A program made the position numbers and the translations under genes. This document shows, in pieces, positions 16,352 to 30,199 of a stretch of DNA of 64,000 nucleotides. The stretch spans positions 26,164,001 through 26,228,000 of the forward strand of contig OZ024753.1 in assembly GCA_964016885.1 (NCBI GenBank). Reading direction: 5' to 3'. A model generated the notes under the pieces. That model worked only from the letters and a program-made list of their open reading frames with translations, had not been told where the DNA came from and ran no database searches. Position 1 is the first letter of the stretch, and every line of letters begins with the position of its first letter. Source of the DNA: Eledone cirrhosa (taxonomy: Eukaryota).

Positions 16352-16612
16352 ATGTGTATATGTGTGTGTGAAAGAAGCATACATATATAAACATACATAT
16401 ATATAAACATACACATATTTACATATATATATATAGTAGTAGTAGTAGTAAATACAAAGACCAAAATCCCCAAAAGACTCGATTATATATATATGTATAT
16501 ATATATATATAAACCCATACAGCAAATTTTTATTAATAGCTAAGGATAAAAGCAGAAATCGGTTGCTTAAACTTCCAATCTTTGGTAATAATAAATAATT
16601 ATCTATCCCCCC

Positions 16613-16681
<69 letters not shown>

Positions 16682-16683
16682 AT

Positions 16684-16920
16684 GGGAAGATTGTAGTTGT
16701 CGACAACTACAATCTTCCCTTATAAGGAAGTAACCCTTGACAAGTTCGGCTATTTACTTAGCAGGCTAAAAATTCTAATTTAGTCCAGAAATAGCCGTCG
16801 AAACGGCTTGAGCTCTGCCGTCGGGGTCATACTTTTTCCTACTACCCACTCTACTACCCTAAGTATTGAATACTCTAGTGCGTTATGGTCCATCTGGTTC
16901 CTTACCACAATTCCTTAGTT
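16684..16920 (+). mobile_element. Short non-autonomous PLE-type element with a 36-bp 5' palindrome
   Basis: Perfect palindrome 16684-16719; related pieces at 33894-33982, 44797-44912, 49047-49135, 50209-50404, 56727-56923; flanked by (TA)n. Confidence 0.75.
16731..16827 (+). ncRNA. Hammerhead ribozyme, U3-A8 core variant
   Basis: CCC-TTGACAA-G..CGGCTATTT/AAATAGCCG..C-GAAA-CGGC/GCCG-TC-GGG. Confidence 0.7.
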
Positions 16921-16938
16921 ATATATATATATATATAT

Positions 16939-17114
16939 GAATCAGTAATGCATCAAAACACAATCGGATGGAATGCTTTGAAAACGCAAAACATATCTGA
17001 GGAACTTGCGAATGCAGAGTCAGGTTCGATCTGTAATAGATCCTGCCTTGAGCTGATTGTCGGAGAAACATATGTAATATGTTAATAAATTGTGTTTTGA
17101 TGCATCACTGATTC
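16939..17114 (+). mobile_element. Mini fold-back PLE end with 26-bp inverted termini enclosing an HHR
   Basis: 16939-16964 is nearly the reverse complement of 17089-17114. Confidence 0.6.
16990..17083 (+). ncRNA. Type-I hammerhead ribozyme
   Basis: AACATAT-CTGAGGA-...-GAAA-CATATG-TA-ATATGTT; 7-bp stem I, palindromic stem III, degenerate stem II. Confidence 0.7.
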
Positions 17115-17136
17115 CACGTTATCTATAATAATAATA

Positions 17137-17285
17137 ATGTTTCTGCTTTTGGCACGGATCCAGCGACTGGTCCAGCGCATTACTGGTACTCTCTTTTGTT
17201 GACTCCGTGGGGATGAAAGGCAAGGTTGACCTCGGCGGGATTTAAGCTCAGAGCGTGGAGAGTCATAGCTCTATGCTGTAAAGCA
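17137..17285 (-). mobile_element. tRNA-derived SINE, partial
   Basis: Matches 62827-63007 (CCCGCCGAGGTCAACCTTGCCTTTCATCC core). Confidence 0.75.
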
Positions 17286-17377
17286 ATTATAATAATACTG
17301 GACTGTAATACAAACGGCTTCAACTATACAAACTCTTGAAAGTCAACAGTTGACATAATCTTTAATCTTGTATCAGT

Positions 17378-17468
17378 AATTGTTTCTACTTTAGGTACAA
17401 GGCCAGCAATTACCCAGTGCATTACTGGTACTTTATTTTATCGACCCCGTAAGGATGAAAGCAAAGTC
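17378..17468 (-). mobile_element. SINE 3' fragment
   Basis: Near-identical to 44195-44285. Confidence 0.75.
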
Positions 17469-18099
17469 ATATATCAGTAATGACGGTAATATATATATAT
17501 ATGTGTGTGTGTCTGTGTGTATGTAAGTGAGTAGCGTGTGTGTGTTTGCTTGTATGTATGTGTTGCTGTGTGCGCGCGTATGTATGCATGTGTGCGCGAG
17601 CGTATGTATGCGCGTGTCTGTATGTCGTACGTATAAGTGTCAATAAAAGAGTTTTTTTTTTTTTGCGCGTGGACATAGAAATAATCGGGCTGGATGCCCG
17701 ATCGCGCAGTTAAACCACTGGGAGTGAAGAACCCCTAGCCCTTGTCAGGGCATTCTTCTAGGAGAAGGCATCTCAGGAAACTGGGTTAACTCCGACATAA
17801 AACCTGCAGCTCAGTAGTTACCGATGATGTTGATCTTTTCTTCTTTTCGGGTTATAGCTACTGTCGCTCAGAGAGTTGGATTGGCTCAGTCCAGTCTTTC
17901 CTCACTTTCAAAATATTCGTCACGCACAGGCATTGCACGTGTGCATTAATAATTATTAATAGTGTATTATTATTATTATTATTATTATTGTTACTATTAT
18001 TATTACTTTTTTTTTTTTTTTTTTCCAAAATCAATGATGTTCCAGAACAATATAAAAGAGATAATTGGCAATTTAGGTTCTGGACAAAAAAGATAATTG

Positions 18100-21000
18100 G
18101 CAATAAGGGCAGGGGCCCCAGGTTATCACAGCCTGGGCCCGCTCGTCATCGTGCCATTGTAATAGAGCCAAACAAGGCATTTTGTCTTGGCTGCTGGAAC
18201 GCTGTTTGACAGGGATTCCTTGGAGCATCCTGAACGAAGGACCGCTCTTGTTGCAAAGGAGCTTCGACGTTACGATCTTGACATCGTGGCTTTATCTGAG
18301 ACGAGGTTAGCTGGAGATGGTCATCTTACAGAATTTTGTGGAGAATATACATTCTTCTGGAAAGGAAGAGATGAAGGACCAGAAGAGAGGCTGTGGTAGA
18401 ATTTGCTGTTAAGACTATTCTTGTGAATAAATTAGAAGAATTCCCAGTAGGATTAATGAGCGTCTTATGTCCATGAGAATTCCGCAGAACAAAGGAAGAT
18501 ATGCGACCCTGGTGAGTGTGTATGCTCCAACTATGAATTCTGTCGATGAAGAAAAAGTGTCCTTTTACCATGCCTTGAAAGGTGTTTTAAGAAATGTCCC
18601 TCAAGCAGACAAAGCCATCGTGCTTGGTGACTTTAATGCTAGAGTGGGTAGGGATTTTAACACATGGAATGTAATTGGAAGGCATGGGGTGGGAAAGTGT
18701 AACAACAATGGTATGCTCCTGCTGCAGATGTGTGAGAAGCTGGATCTGTATGTTACCAACACCATGTTCCAACAAAAGAACAAATTCAAGACCACATGGA
18801 TGCATCCTGCATCTAAGGAATGGCATCTTTTGGACTACGTCCTAGTCAGGATGCGTGACAGACAGGATGTGCAGTGTGTTCGTGCTCTTCGTGGAGCTGA
18901 GTGCTGGACGGACCACCGCCTGGTACGCGCAAAAGTGAAACTAATCACTAAACGTAAAATCCGGGCTCCTGGTGTTACCCTGCCCAAAAGATTGAATGCT
19001 GCTCGTCTTAAGGATAAAAATGTGAAGAGGACATTGGAAGAAAAGATGCAGGCTGCAGATCTTGTTGAGGATTGGCCGCCCCTTAAAAAGTCGGTTGATG
19101 ATGTAGGCAGGCGTGTTCTGCGATTGGTGCAGAGAAAACATCAGGACTGGTTTAATGACTTGTTGGCTGATAAGAGGCGTGCTCTGTCACGCTACTTGAC
19201 GGCAAAACCACAGGAGAGGAGTACGTTGCATAAGGAACTCAAGTATGTAAAATCACGTGTTTGGCGGAGTCTTTCTCAGGTGAAGGATCAGTGGTGGATT
19301 GAGAAGGCTGGTGAGATACAAACTGCGTCTGATTCCAATAACACAAAGCTGTTGTACAGTCTCTTGCGTGAGGTTTATGGACCGTCTTCTCTGGTGACAC
19401 CGCTTCGCAGCAAGGATGGCAAAAAAACTTCTTCGTGACTCACAAGGAATTCTACGAAGGTGGCGAGAGCACTTTGATGATCTTTTGAATCAGCCGTCTG
19501 TCGTCAGTGAAGATTTCCTCAGTCTCATTCCAGAAAGTCCTGTGAAAGTAGCTCTCGCAGAACCTCCGACGCTTGTGGAGGTTGCAGTGGCTATCTCGAA
19601 GCTGAACAGTGGAAGGTCTCCAGGTATGGATGGCATACATGATGAGCTCCTACAATATGGTGGTGAGAGACTCCTGCAACATCTTCACTCTGTGTTTGGC
19701 AGGATATGGGCTAATGAATCCGTACCTGAGGACTGGAGAGATGCAGTAATGGGGGTCTTGTACAAGGGAAAGGGTAACAGGAATGATTGTGGGAACTACA
19801 GAGGTATATCATTGCTTTCTGTCGTAGGGAGGGTTTTTTGTAGGGTGCCTCTGGACCGTCTGCTGACACACATTGCAGATTGTGTTCTTCCTGAAAGTCA
19901 ATCTGGTTTTCGTGCTGGACGCGGCACTACTGATATGATCTTCTCAGCTAGACAGCTCCAGGAGAAGTGCATGGAACAAGGTTTGGATCTATATCAGGTT
20001 TTGGTCGATCTGACAAAAGCTTTCGATGCTGTTAACAGAGATGCATTATGGAAGGTTCTCCAGAAACTTGGTTGCCTTGATAAGTTCCTTGCTTTAGTTA
20101 GATCTTTCCATGACAACATGAAGGCTTGGGTTAATGTCGGAGGTAACATGTCGGAGCCTATCTCAGTAAAAAATGAAGTGAAACAGGGGGATATTCCAGC
20201 ACCGACCCTGTTTGCCATATACTTTGCAATGGTTTTCTGTATTGCATTCAGGAATTGCGAGCATGGTGTTTACATCCGATATCGAACCTCAGGCAGCATA
20301 TTTAACATCAGGCGCTTTGCTGCAAAGACAAAAGTAATAACATCAATCATAAGTGACCTCTTGTATGCAGATGATTGCGATCTTGTAGCGCACACAGAGA
20401 GTGATATGCAGCACATTTTGAATGCATTTTCTGACGCTTGCACTGCCCTAGGATTGACTCTCAGTCTCAAGAAAACCGTCGTCAGGTACCAACCTGCCCC
20501 TGGTAAGCAGTACACTGAAACAAATATCTATGTGTATGGTAAACGACTTGGAGTGGTTGATCAGTTTGTCTACCTGGGAAGCACTGTCAATCGATACAGC
20601 AACCTTGACAATGAAATCTCACTTAGGATTAGGAAAGCAAGTGATGCTTTCGGAAAGCTAGAAAGGCAACTCTGGGGTCGGCGAGACATATGCAGGAGGA
20701 CAAGGGTAATAGCGCATTTTGAATGCATTTTGATTGCGATCTTGCAGCACATTTTGAATGCATTTTCTGACGCTGGCACTGCCCTAGGTCTGACTGTCAG
20801 TCTCAAGAAAACCGTCGTCATGTACCAACCTGCCCCTGGTAAGCAGTACACTGAACCAAACATCTATGTGTATGGCAAACGACTTGGAGTGGTTGATCAG
20901 TTTGTCTACCTGGGAAACACTGTCAATCGATACAGCAACCTTGATAGTGAAATCTCACTTAGGATTAGGAAAGCAAGTGATGCTTTCGGAAAGCTAGAAA

Positions 21001-21730
21001 GGCGACTCTGGGGTCGGCGAGATATATGCAGGAGGACAACGGTAAAGGTGTACAAGGCATGTGTACTCTCTTGTCTTCTTTATGCCTGCGAGACCTGGGT
21101 CTCATATTAACACCACCTTAAGCAATTGGAGCGTCTCCATCAGATGTGTCTCAGACGGATCCATGGCGTTCACTGGAGGGACCACATCAGTGATGTCGAG
21201 ATTTTGGAAAGCTCTATGTGTGACAGTATAGAAGCTATTGTGCTTAAGCAACGACTCCGTTGGAGTGGTCACCTTGCCAGGATGAAGGAGTCTAGAATAC
21301 CAAAACGACTCTTTTATGAAGGGTTAGTTAAAGGAAAACGACCGCCACATAAACCAAAAAAGAGGTATAAGGATTCCTTGAAAGCCACTTTGAAAGACGC
21401 TAACATCTCTGCTGATACATGGGAAAATATTGCTTGTGATCGTAATAAATGGAGAAAGACTGTATATGAGGGAAAAGTTGCCTTTGAGGCATCTCGAATC
21501 GCATACGCACAGGCATTGCTTTATATCTGGAGACCTCTCTGCACTTGTCGTCACATGGTACCATGGGCCCAGCACTATGTGTCAATAATTGTCACAAGTG
21601 TAGTGTTTGTACCAGAGTTTTCAAGTCGCTGGCTGGACTAAAAAGTCACATTTGTACAGCGGATCCCTAGGTGTTCTCCTATATGGATATAAAGTAGTGG
21701 CCGTACTCGAAAACAAGTTGGCAGCCACCA
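18100..21730 (+). mobile_element. RTE-clade LINE (APE + RT), disrupted
   Basis: GCWN, DIVALSETR, VSVYAPT, VLGDFNARVG, TWMHP, TDHRLV; NYRGISLLS, QSGFR, DLTKAFD, LLYADD, FVYLG, LLYACETW, RLRWSGH; frameshifts and a stop at 21110. Confidence 0.92.
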
Positions 21731-21810
21731 TATGTATATATGTATATATATGTATATATGTATGTATATATATGAATATATGTATGTATGTATATGTATA
21801 TATGTATGTA

Positions 21811-21844
<34 letters not shown>

Positions 21845-22906
21845 TATATGTATGAATATGTATGTATATATGTATGAATATATATATATATGTATATATG
21901 TATGTATATATATATATATATATGTATGTATATATATATATATATGTATGTATATATATATATGTGTATGTATGTATGTATGTATATATATATATATATA
22001 TGTATATGCATATATATATATGTATATATGTATATATATATATGTATATATGTATATATATGTATATATGTATATATATATATGTATATATGTATGTATA
22101 TGTATGTATATGTATATATGTATGTATATGTATGTATATATATATGTATGTATATATGTATGTATATGTATGTATATATATATGTATGTATATATGTATG
22201 TATATGTATGTATATGTATGTATATGTATATATTTATGTATATGTATATATATATATATATATGAATATATGTATGTATATGTATGTATATATATATATA
22301 TATATGAATATATGTATGTATATATATATATATATGTATATATGTATATATATGTATATGTATATATGTATGTATATATGTATATATGTATGTATATATG
22401 TATATATGTATGTATATATGTATATATGTATGTATATATATATATGTATATATGTATGTATATATATATATGTATGTATATATGTATATATGTATGTATA
22501 TATGTATATATGTATGTATATATATATATGTATATATGTATGTATATATATATATGTATAGATGTATATATGTATGTATATATGTACGTATATATATATA
22601 TATGTATATATGTATGTATATATATGTATATATGTATGTATATATATGTATGTATGTATATATATGTATATATGTATGTATATATATGTATCTATATATA
22701 TATATGTATGTATGTATGTATATATATATATATGTATGTATATATATATGTATATATGTATGTATATAGATGTATATATACATATGTATATATGTATGTA
22801 TATATATATATATGTACGTATATATGTATATATATATGTATATATGTATGTATATATATATATATGTATATATGTATGTATATATATATATATGTATATA
22901 TGTATG
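21731..22906. repeat. (TA)n/(TATG)n microsatellite
   Basis: Direct reading. Confidence 0.95.
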
Positions 22907-24655
22907 TTCCAATGCCACGGAACACCCGCCAATCTCCTTAGAGTCGAACAAAGAACTATCTTCATCTTACAGACCCACACTCCCCCGGCCTGAACCCCCC
23001 CCCCCCATTATTCCTTTAGCCTTCGGCCGCCCCCCTCCCCCCACACTTATCCCCCACTAACACCACTAACACACCCCTCCTTTTCACCGCCCACCCCACA
23101 ACTAACAATACTAACACCTCCACTTCACCCCTCATCCGACCACCCTTCCCCAACTAACATACTAACATCCCCCCCTTCTTCTCCTTCTCCCACCTCCTTA
23201 TCACACGCACACACCCACCGGCACATATATACACGCGCTCACACTAAACACACACCCTACTACCACCACTAACCCTCACCCCCACACCTCTCACCCACAC
23301 ACCTCCATCCCACCACCCCGCAACTAACCTCACTAACAGCCCCTGACCCCAAGCACACGAACACACGCACCCACTTACACCACCCACCCCACACGCAACT
23401 AACATCACTAACACCCCCCAACCCCACGCACACGTACCCACACACCCTCGTACACCACCAACTCTACACACCCTACCACCATTAACCCCCACTCACACCT
23501 GCATTCAACCCTTCCCCACCTCCCGTATACTAACACCCACTAACACCCCTTCATCAAACTACACACACACCAGTACACCACACTCCCTCCATAGAACTAC
23601 ACACACCCTTCTCTCCCCGCTCCACCCACACCCTCGCTCCACACTCACTCATCTCACTAACACCTCTTCTAATACACACACACACACCCTCCTCACTCCA
23701 ACTTTCACACCTACCCATCCTCGCCCCTTTACCATTTCACCGACTGCTGCTATGCCCTCTGACCACCTCCCAGTACAAACAGACACACAGCACTCCCACT
23801 GCTTGACCACTTCCTGTTGCGCGCGCACCCCACATCTCTCCTCTTCCGACCATCTCTTCATGGAATACTCGTTTGTGGAACTTGACGACCACAGAATCCA
23901 CTAAACATCATAGGATTTTACCAACTTTTCAACCATCCTCTTACGGAATCACCTATATAACTCACCCTCACACACACCAAAAAAATGTGTTGTTCTCCAC
24001 AGGCCACCTACACCCACAACACGCTTAAACCCCACACACACGTGCTTTCCACCACATATTTACACTCTCAGCCTCCTGATTCCTCTCCCCCCCCACCCCT
24101 CTATCCACACACGCACAGACACTCCGACCTACAACCGCCCCCCCCCCCCCCCACACACACACACCTCTTCCTGAACATTCAACCCCGTTCTTCCCCCAAC
24201 CCTTACTTTCACATACACACACACACACACACACGTACACATACACACACACACCACCTTCAGCCCTCCCCGCTCGGCCACCCCGTCTCCCTCTCCCACT
24301 CCACCCGCCACCACCCCTACACACCCCACACCCTTCCACCACCTGTTTTACCCCCCTTTTAATTTCAGTTTATTTTGATCATGCTTTTATATTTAATTTC
24401 AGTTCATTCCTTGTATTTTGATCATGCTTTATTTTTATTTTATTTTTAATTTCATTCGCACCGTTTCCTTTCGCTATATGTCTCTCCACCACTCCCCTAC
24501 ACACCCTTTGAACTCTGTTCCCACACACTTCTCACCTGAGGAAGGGCTTATGCCCGAAACGTCGTTCCCCACCACCACCCCACTCTCCAGAGCATGAAAT
24601 TAATAAACATTCGTTGTACTGCCTCTCTGTTTTGTTCCTGTTCAAATTTTTCCAT
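22907..24655 (+). mobile_element. 3' remnant of a Neptune-like PLE with C/A-rich UTR
   Basis: Peptide [14 protein letters not shown](P-GLN) resembles a GIY-YIG C-terminus; HHR core near the 3' end. Confidence 0.55.
24534..24565 (+). ncRNA. Minimal hammerhead core with only 2-bp stem I
   Basis: AC-CTGAGGA-A-GGGC(TTAT)GCCC-GAAA-CG-TC-GT. Confidence 0.55.
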
Positions 24656-24729
24656 TATATATATATATATGTATATATATGTATGTATATATATATATAT
24701 GTATATATATGTATGTATATATATATGTG

Positions 24730-24806
<77 letters not shown>

Positions 24807-24934
24807 GTATGTATATATGTATGTATATATATATGTACGTATATATGTATGTATATATGTATGTATATCTATATATGTATATATGTATGTATATATATAT
24901 GTATGTATATATGTATGTATATATGTATGTATGT

Positions 24935-26810
24935 TATCTCTTTCTCTTAATTTCGAGTATATTCTTTTGGGACCGGCCACCTTCCTGGTGGCAAGGTTGT
25001 AAAAGAAAAGAAATTGTCATCCCTTGAATCGCAAGAATGTTTTGCAAATTTTGAAGATGCCAGCTATCGCAGCCATTTGTAGATTATGAATAAGGGAGCT
25101 GCGCTTTTTGTCCGCAAATCCATGTTCAGTCATACTTTGGTCCAAGCGGGTTGGTATATAACCCGTAGCTCCAATAATGATGGGTATGAAGCTAAAGGTG
25201 TATCTTGGATACTGGATTTGTAAACTCATCATCAATGGTCCGTAGATGTCCTCCTTCCCCTGTATTTTTCTGACAACGTTTACGTCAAGTGGGCAGTTGA
25301 TTTCCACAACAGAACACGTTTTCAATGTGTGGTCCCAAACAACAATATCAGGCCGGTTGTGCTTTAATTTGTTGGCAGGATTTATTTTCAGGTTCCACCA
25401 GTATTCCTTAGTGCCATCTGTCTCAATATATTCTTCCTCGTTTGTTGTTAATTTTGTTTTCCGAAGTGCATTCCAGATGGTTCTAGCTATCCCATTGTGT
25501 CTCATGGGGAGGTAGTAGTGAGATGACATTCTTTCGCAGCTGGCAACAATGTGGCTTACATCCTCGATCTTTGTTTTACATAGCCTACATTTATTGTCAG
25601 CTGCTAGCCCTCCTCTTTTGTGCAGCAGATATTTGGTAGGGAGTTCTTGTTCCTGTATTGCATAGAGATATCCTTCAAGGTGTGATGTCATAAACTTGTC
25701 GGAACTCCATGCCAGGCTTTTTGAGTGGTTTATCCCCTCTATGGTCTGTGATTTACGTCTCAAGTATCCATGCACAACTTTTTCTGTAAATTGGTCAATT
25801 TTTTTATCTTGTTTGAACATTGAATAGGATCTTCCGATTTCTCTGGGTGAGAGATTTATATCAGGCTTTATTCCATATCTCTCCTCCAGATCAGTCGCTA
25901 TTCTAATGATTTTTTTTTTCATGCTCATAAACCTGGGCAAGATGGTTGCCAACCTTTTTCCTCTGTTGAAGGTTTTGCTTCAGTGTTACTATCCGGGTCT
26001 CATATGTTGTTAATATTGATTTTAGACCCCGTACCTTCCTTGCGTGAGAAGTATAGCCTATCCACATCAACATTGATATTAAAGTTCCCAGTAACACTGA
26101 GAAGTTTGCGAGTTCTAACATCCATCTCACTTAGTTCTTGCAATGACCAGTTCAGCAGGCCAAATGTTGGGTTAGAATTGACACATCATAAGTATTGTGG
26201 GCAATGTATTTGTTGTACGCTGACAGTTCTGATGACCATATTTTCTTTACTCTTCTGAGGTATTCAGTTCTGGTTCTCTCCTTGTTTATGGGTCCATCAT
26301 ATCTGACATTCTCATCCTGTCCAAGATATCTGTAGTTGTCACCTGACTGTAGAGGTTGTATTGTCAGGCCGTTCATCTCTAGATTTCTAGAGGAGAGCAC
26401 AGCTCTTCCACGTTTTACTGCCAAATATGCACACTTGGACTCACCAAATTTCATTTTGATGTCGGTTGAAAATTGTGTAATGAGGTCCAATTGTTTCTTG
26501 ATGTCATTGATATTTGGCCCATACAACTTCAGGTCATCAACAAAGAAAAGATGGGAGATACTTCTGGACCCACTTCTTTGTCCACCTTGTTTCCTGAGTA
26601 GGTAAGATAGTGGATTCAGTGAGAGAACGAAGAGTAGCACTGACAAGCTATCACCCTGAAAGATGCCCTTCTGGTAATGTATCTTCTCAGTCTTAACTTG
26701 CTCCTTCTCACCTCTAAGGATCAAATTGGTGTACCAGTTCTTGGTCAGGCGTTCAAGAGCAGCTACCAATGGTTGTGGGACTTTGGCTAACTGTAAAGCC
26801 TTAATAATCC
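24935..26810 (-). mobile_element. 5'-truncated R4/Dong-like non-LTR element (RT + CCHC + restriction-like endonuclease), frameshifted
   Basis: GIFQGDSLS, HLFFVDDLKLY, YRYLG; CRLC..H..C, RHN, HNRPDIVV, VVEINCP. Confidence 0.85.
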
Positions 26811-28167
26811 ATATGCATGTATGTATATATATATGTATGCATATATGTATGTATATGTATGTATATATGTATGTATATGTATGTATATATATATGTATAT
26901 GTATGTATTTATATGTGTGTGTATGTATGTATATATATGTGTATGTATGTATATATATGTGTATGTATATAAATATATATATATGTGTATGTATATATAT
27001 ATATATGTCTGTATATATAAAGGATAACAAAATATCATTATAGGTAATCCAGTTAGAGGTTGTGAGTACTTCTTATTATGGATAGTTTTAGCATACGGCG
27101 TTGCTTGACTAAACAAGAGATTTTAACTAGATGACGAGTTTATGATTTCACTTATATTCCTATGTAAGTTTATCTTGGAGTAATAAAATTGAAAAAGTGG
27201 AGAATAACATGGTCAACAGTACAAAAAAAGCGGATTTATTTGCAGTCTAACAATTATTTCACTGATTGAGTTGTCGAAAAATTGCTGAACACTAAAAACA
27301 GTGCCACTCAATTTTAAATACGATGTTAACTCTACTAGATCATCGGAAACTGTTAAAAAAATATATACGAAACCGGCAAATTTACAAATTCGAATTACAT
27401 CATCAATAATAATATTAATAATAAAGATATAGAGAGAAAAGGAGGAAGAAAGGGAGATAGATACAGTAAAGAAAGAAATTAAAGGAAGGAGAAAGAAGGA
27501 AAAAGAAAAAGAAAAAGAGAAAGAAAGAAAGGAGAAATTATTATAAATAGAAATATATATAGAAGATGATGGTATATAGATGAGAGACAAACATAAGTAA
27601 GAATAACGTATGATAGAGAGAAGAATAGAGGGACAAATAGATGAATAAACGTTAATGCATGAATAAATGTAAATAAAAATAAAAATAGATATATAAAAAA
27701 TATATGAAAAATGGTGAAAATATGATAATGTTAAATATATTTATGTATGTATTGGTTAACTTAGCATGGCATTACATTGGTAACAGCGTGCCTAGGGCAG
27801 TAACCAGTGGCATGTGAGGGACGAGCTGTTAGAAAGGGCAGCCCAAAAACCACTCAGAGAAGTGTGCTCAACCAAACAGAGAGAGAGGAAAGACTGTTAT
27901 AAGGAGCGAAATATCACGATAAATTAACGGAGCCATAGACTCTCGCTATTCCCTGTCAATAATGTGCTCAAAGGAGAAGGAATCCGAGCTCTTTAAAATA
28001 CAATATGTTGAAAAGGTAACACACTATAGAGAGAGATAGTGCACCATCAATCAAACAGGGAAAAACCACCAGTGTACGGAATCTATAGGCCATGGAAGGC
28101 AGAGTAGACACACAATAATTAAAAGTATAAATTAAAGTGTAAATACATACCTCGATAACTATCTAAC

Positions 28168-28249
28168 ACACACGTACAAATCCAAAAAGATCTGTTTCGC
28201 CAATAATTTGTTGACAGAAATGAATAGCCCATGGTTCATCAGCGTGTGT
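28168..28249 (-). ncRNA. Type-I hammerhead ribozyme with 7-bp stem III
   Basis: ACACACG-CTGATGA-ACCA..TGGC-GAAA-CAGATC/GATTTG-TA-CGTGTGT. Confidence 0.75.
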
Positions 28250-28397
28250 AAGGTGAGTGATTTGGGCTGCCCTTTCTAGCAGCTCGTCCCTCAGAGGCCA
28301 CTAGTTACTGCCCTAGGCACGCTATGACTTCTCTCTCCAACGTGTGGCTGGACGGTCGCTTTAGATTCTCTTAGAGCTGTCTGAAATGTATAGGCTT

Positions 28398-28479
28398 ACA
28401 CACACTGATGAACCATGGGCTATTCATTTCTGTCAACAACTTATTGGCGAAACAGATCTCTTTGGATTTGTACGTGTGT
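28398..28479 (+). ncRNA. Second copy of the same hammerhead
   Basis: As above, with an A-C mismatch at the first pair of stem I. Confidence 0.65.
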
Positions 28480-28635
28480 GTTAGATAGTTATCGATGTAT
28501 GTATTTACACTTTAATTTATACTTTTAATTATTGTGTGCCTACTTTGTCTTCCGTGGGCTATAGATTCCGTACACTGGTAGTTTTTCCCTGTTTGATTGA
28601 TGGCGCACTATCTCTCTCTCTCTCTCTAGATATTG

Positions 28636-28706
<71 letters not shown>

Positions 28707-28726
28707 TTGGAGCTCTAAAATAGCAA

Positions 28727-29140
28727 TATATATATGAATGTATATATAATGTATTTTGCAATACACTTTATGCTTAATTAAAAGCATTTTGAAGACCGTA
28801 TGCTATTGTTTTAGAGTAGTGACAAACTCACTTACTTTAATCTCAGCAAACAATTCTAATTTTTAATTTCTGCCTGACCGGCAACCGCTCTGTATAATCA
28901 GTTCCTGATTATTTACTAGAATTCTATAAGAATATAACATCAGTGATCTCAGTAGACAGGAGGGAGTAGTTAGCCTTGATAAGCATCAATAAATGCGAAA
29001 CAAGGCCTTGTCGGCTTATCTCCCCTTGTTTGCTGAGATTAAAGTAAGTGAGTTTGTCACTACTCTAAAACAATAGCATACGGTCTTCAAAATGCTTTTA
29101 ATTAAGCATAAAGTGTATTGCAAAATACATTATATATACA

Positions 29141-29150
<10 letters not shown>
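28727..29150 (+). mobile_element. Fold-back mini-element with about 125-bp inverted arms and an HHR in the spacer
   Basis: 28727-28852 is the reverse complement of 29026-29150; right arm ends in (TA)n. Confidence 0.8.
28972..29016 (+). ncRNA. Hammerhead ribozyme, U3-A8 core variant
   Basis: AGCC-TTGATAA-GCAT(CAATAA)ATGC-GAAA-CAAGGCCTTG-TC-GGCT. Confidence 0.82.
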
Positions 29151-29188
<38 letters not shown>

Positions 29189-29639
29189 CGAGTATATATA
29201 TATATGTATGTATGTGAGTATATATATATATGTATGTATGTGAGTATATATATGTGTGTATGTATGTGAGTATATATATGTGTGTATGTATGTGAGTGTA
29301 TATATGTGTGCATGTATGCATGCGTGTGTGTGTGTACAATCATATTTTCCAATGTTCCTTTAAGAAGGTTTGTCCATTTGCTAGAATGGCTTCTATTTCT
29401 ATAAGATCACACGACCGTGTACAAGTTCCGTTACCTCCTTGACTCGTTCTTAGACATAAGTATCACCATAGACATATCTTCTCTATAGTCTCTACACTGA
29501 AGTAGAATATCTATAATTGAAAATAATCGATATTTAAGTTATTTGTAATTTTATTTCAAACATCGAGATTATACAAATATAATATTTATGTGGAAATAAA
29601 CCAGCTGTTTATTTCACCTGAGCATCAACAACCGACCAC

Positions 29640-30050
29640 AACAATGAAAAGCGACCCACACCAATACTGAGTGACCACGTCAACTCAGAGTGACCCACTC
29701 CAATATAGAGTGACCCACACAAACATAGCGACTCTCTCCAACACAGAGTGACCCTCTCCAACACAGTGACACTCTCCAACACAGAGTGACCCTCTCCAAC
29801 ACAGAACAACCCTCTCGAACACAGAGTGACTCACTCCAACACAGAGTGACTCACTCCAACACAGAGCGACCCTCTCCAACACAGAGCGACCCTCTCCAAC
29901 ACAGAGTGATCCTCTCCAACACAGTGACACTCTCCAACACAGAGTGACCCTCTCCAACACAGAACGACCCTCTCCAACACAGAGTGACTCCTCCAACACA
30001 GAGCGACACTCTCTAACACAGAGCGACCATCTCCAACTCAGAGCGACACA
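29640..30050. repeat. About 21-bp minisatellite (CTCTCCAACACAGAGTGACC-like)
   Basis: Direct reading, about 18 units. Confidence 0.9.
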
Positions 30051-30123
30051 AGGAAACCATTCAACGTATATATAATAGAATAAATATGGTTTTATAAATA
30101 TAGTTTCCATATATTAATATCAT

Positions 30124-30195
<72 letters not shown>

Positions 30196-30199
<4 letters not shown>

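Larger units (their letters stand above)
27785..28625. mobile_element. Interleaved inverted-repeat element carrying two opposed HHRs
   Basis: 27785-27858 inverts 28254-28323; 28030-28252 inverts 28395-28620. Confidence 0.75.

Noticed and set aside
17685-17880. RTE-like 5' UTR segment, possible HDV-like ribozyme
   Set aside because: The nested double pseudoknot could not be built by eye.
27120-27190. Minus-strand hairpin followed by GAAA
   Set aside because: Core reads AAGATAA and stems I and III could not be formed.
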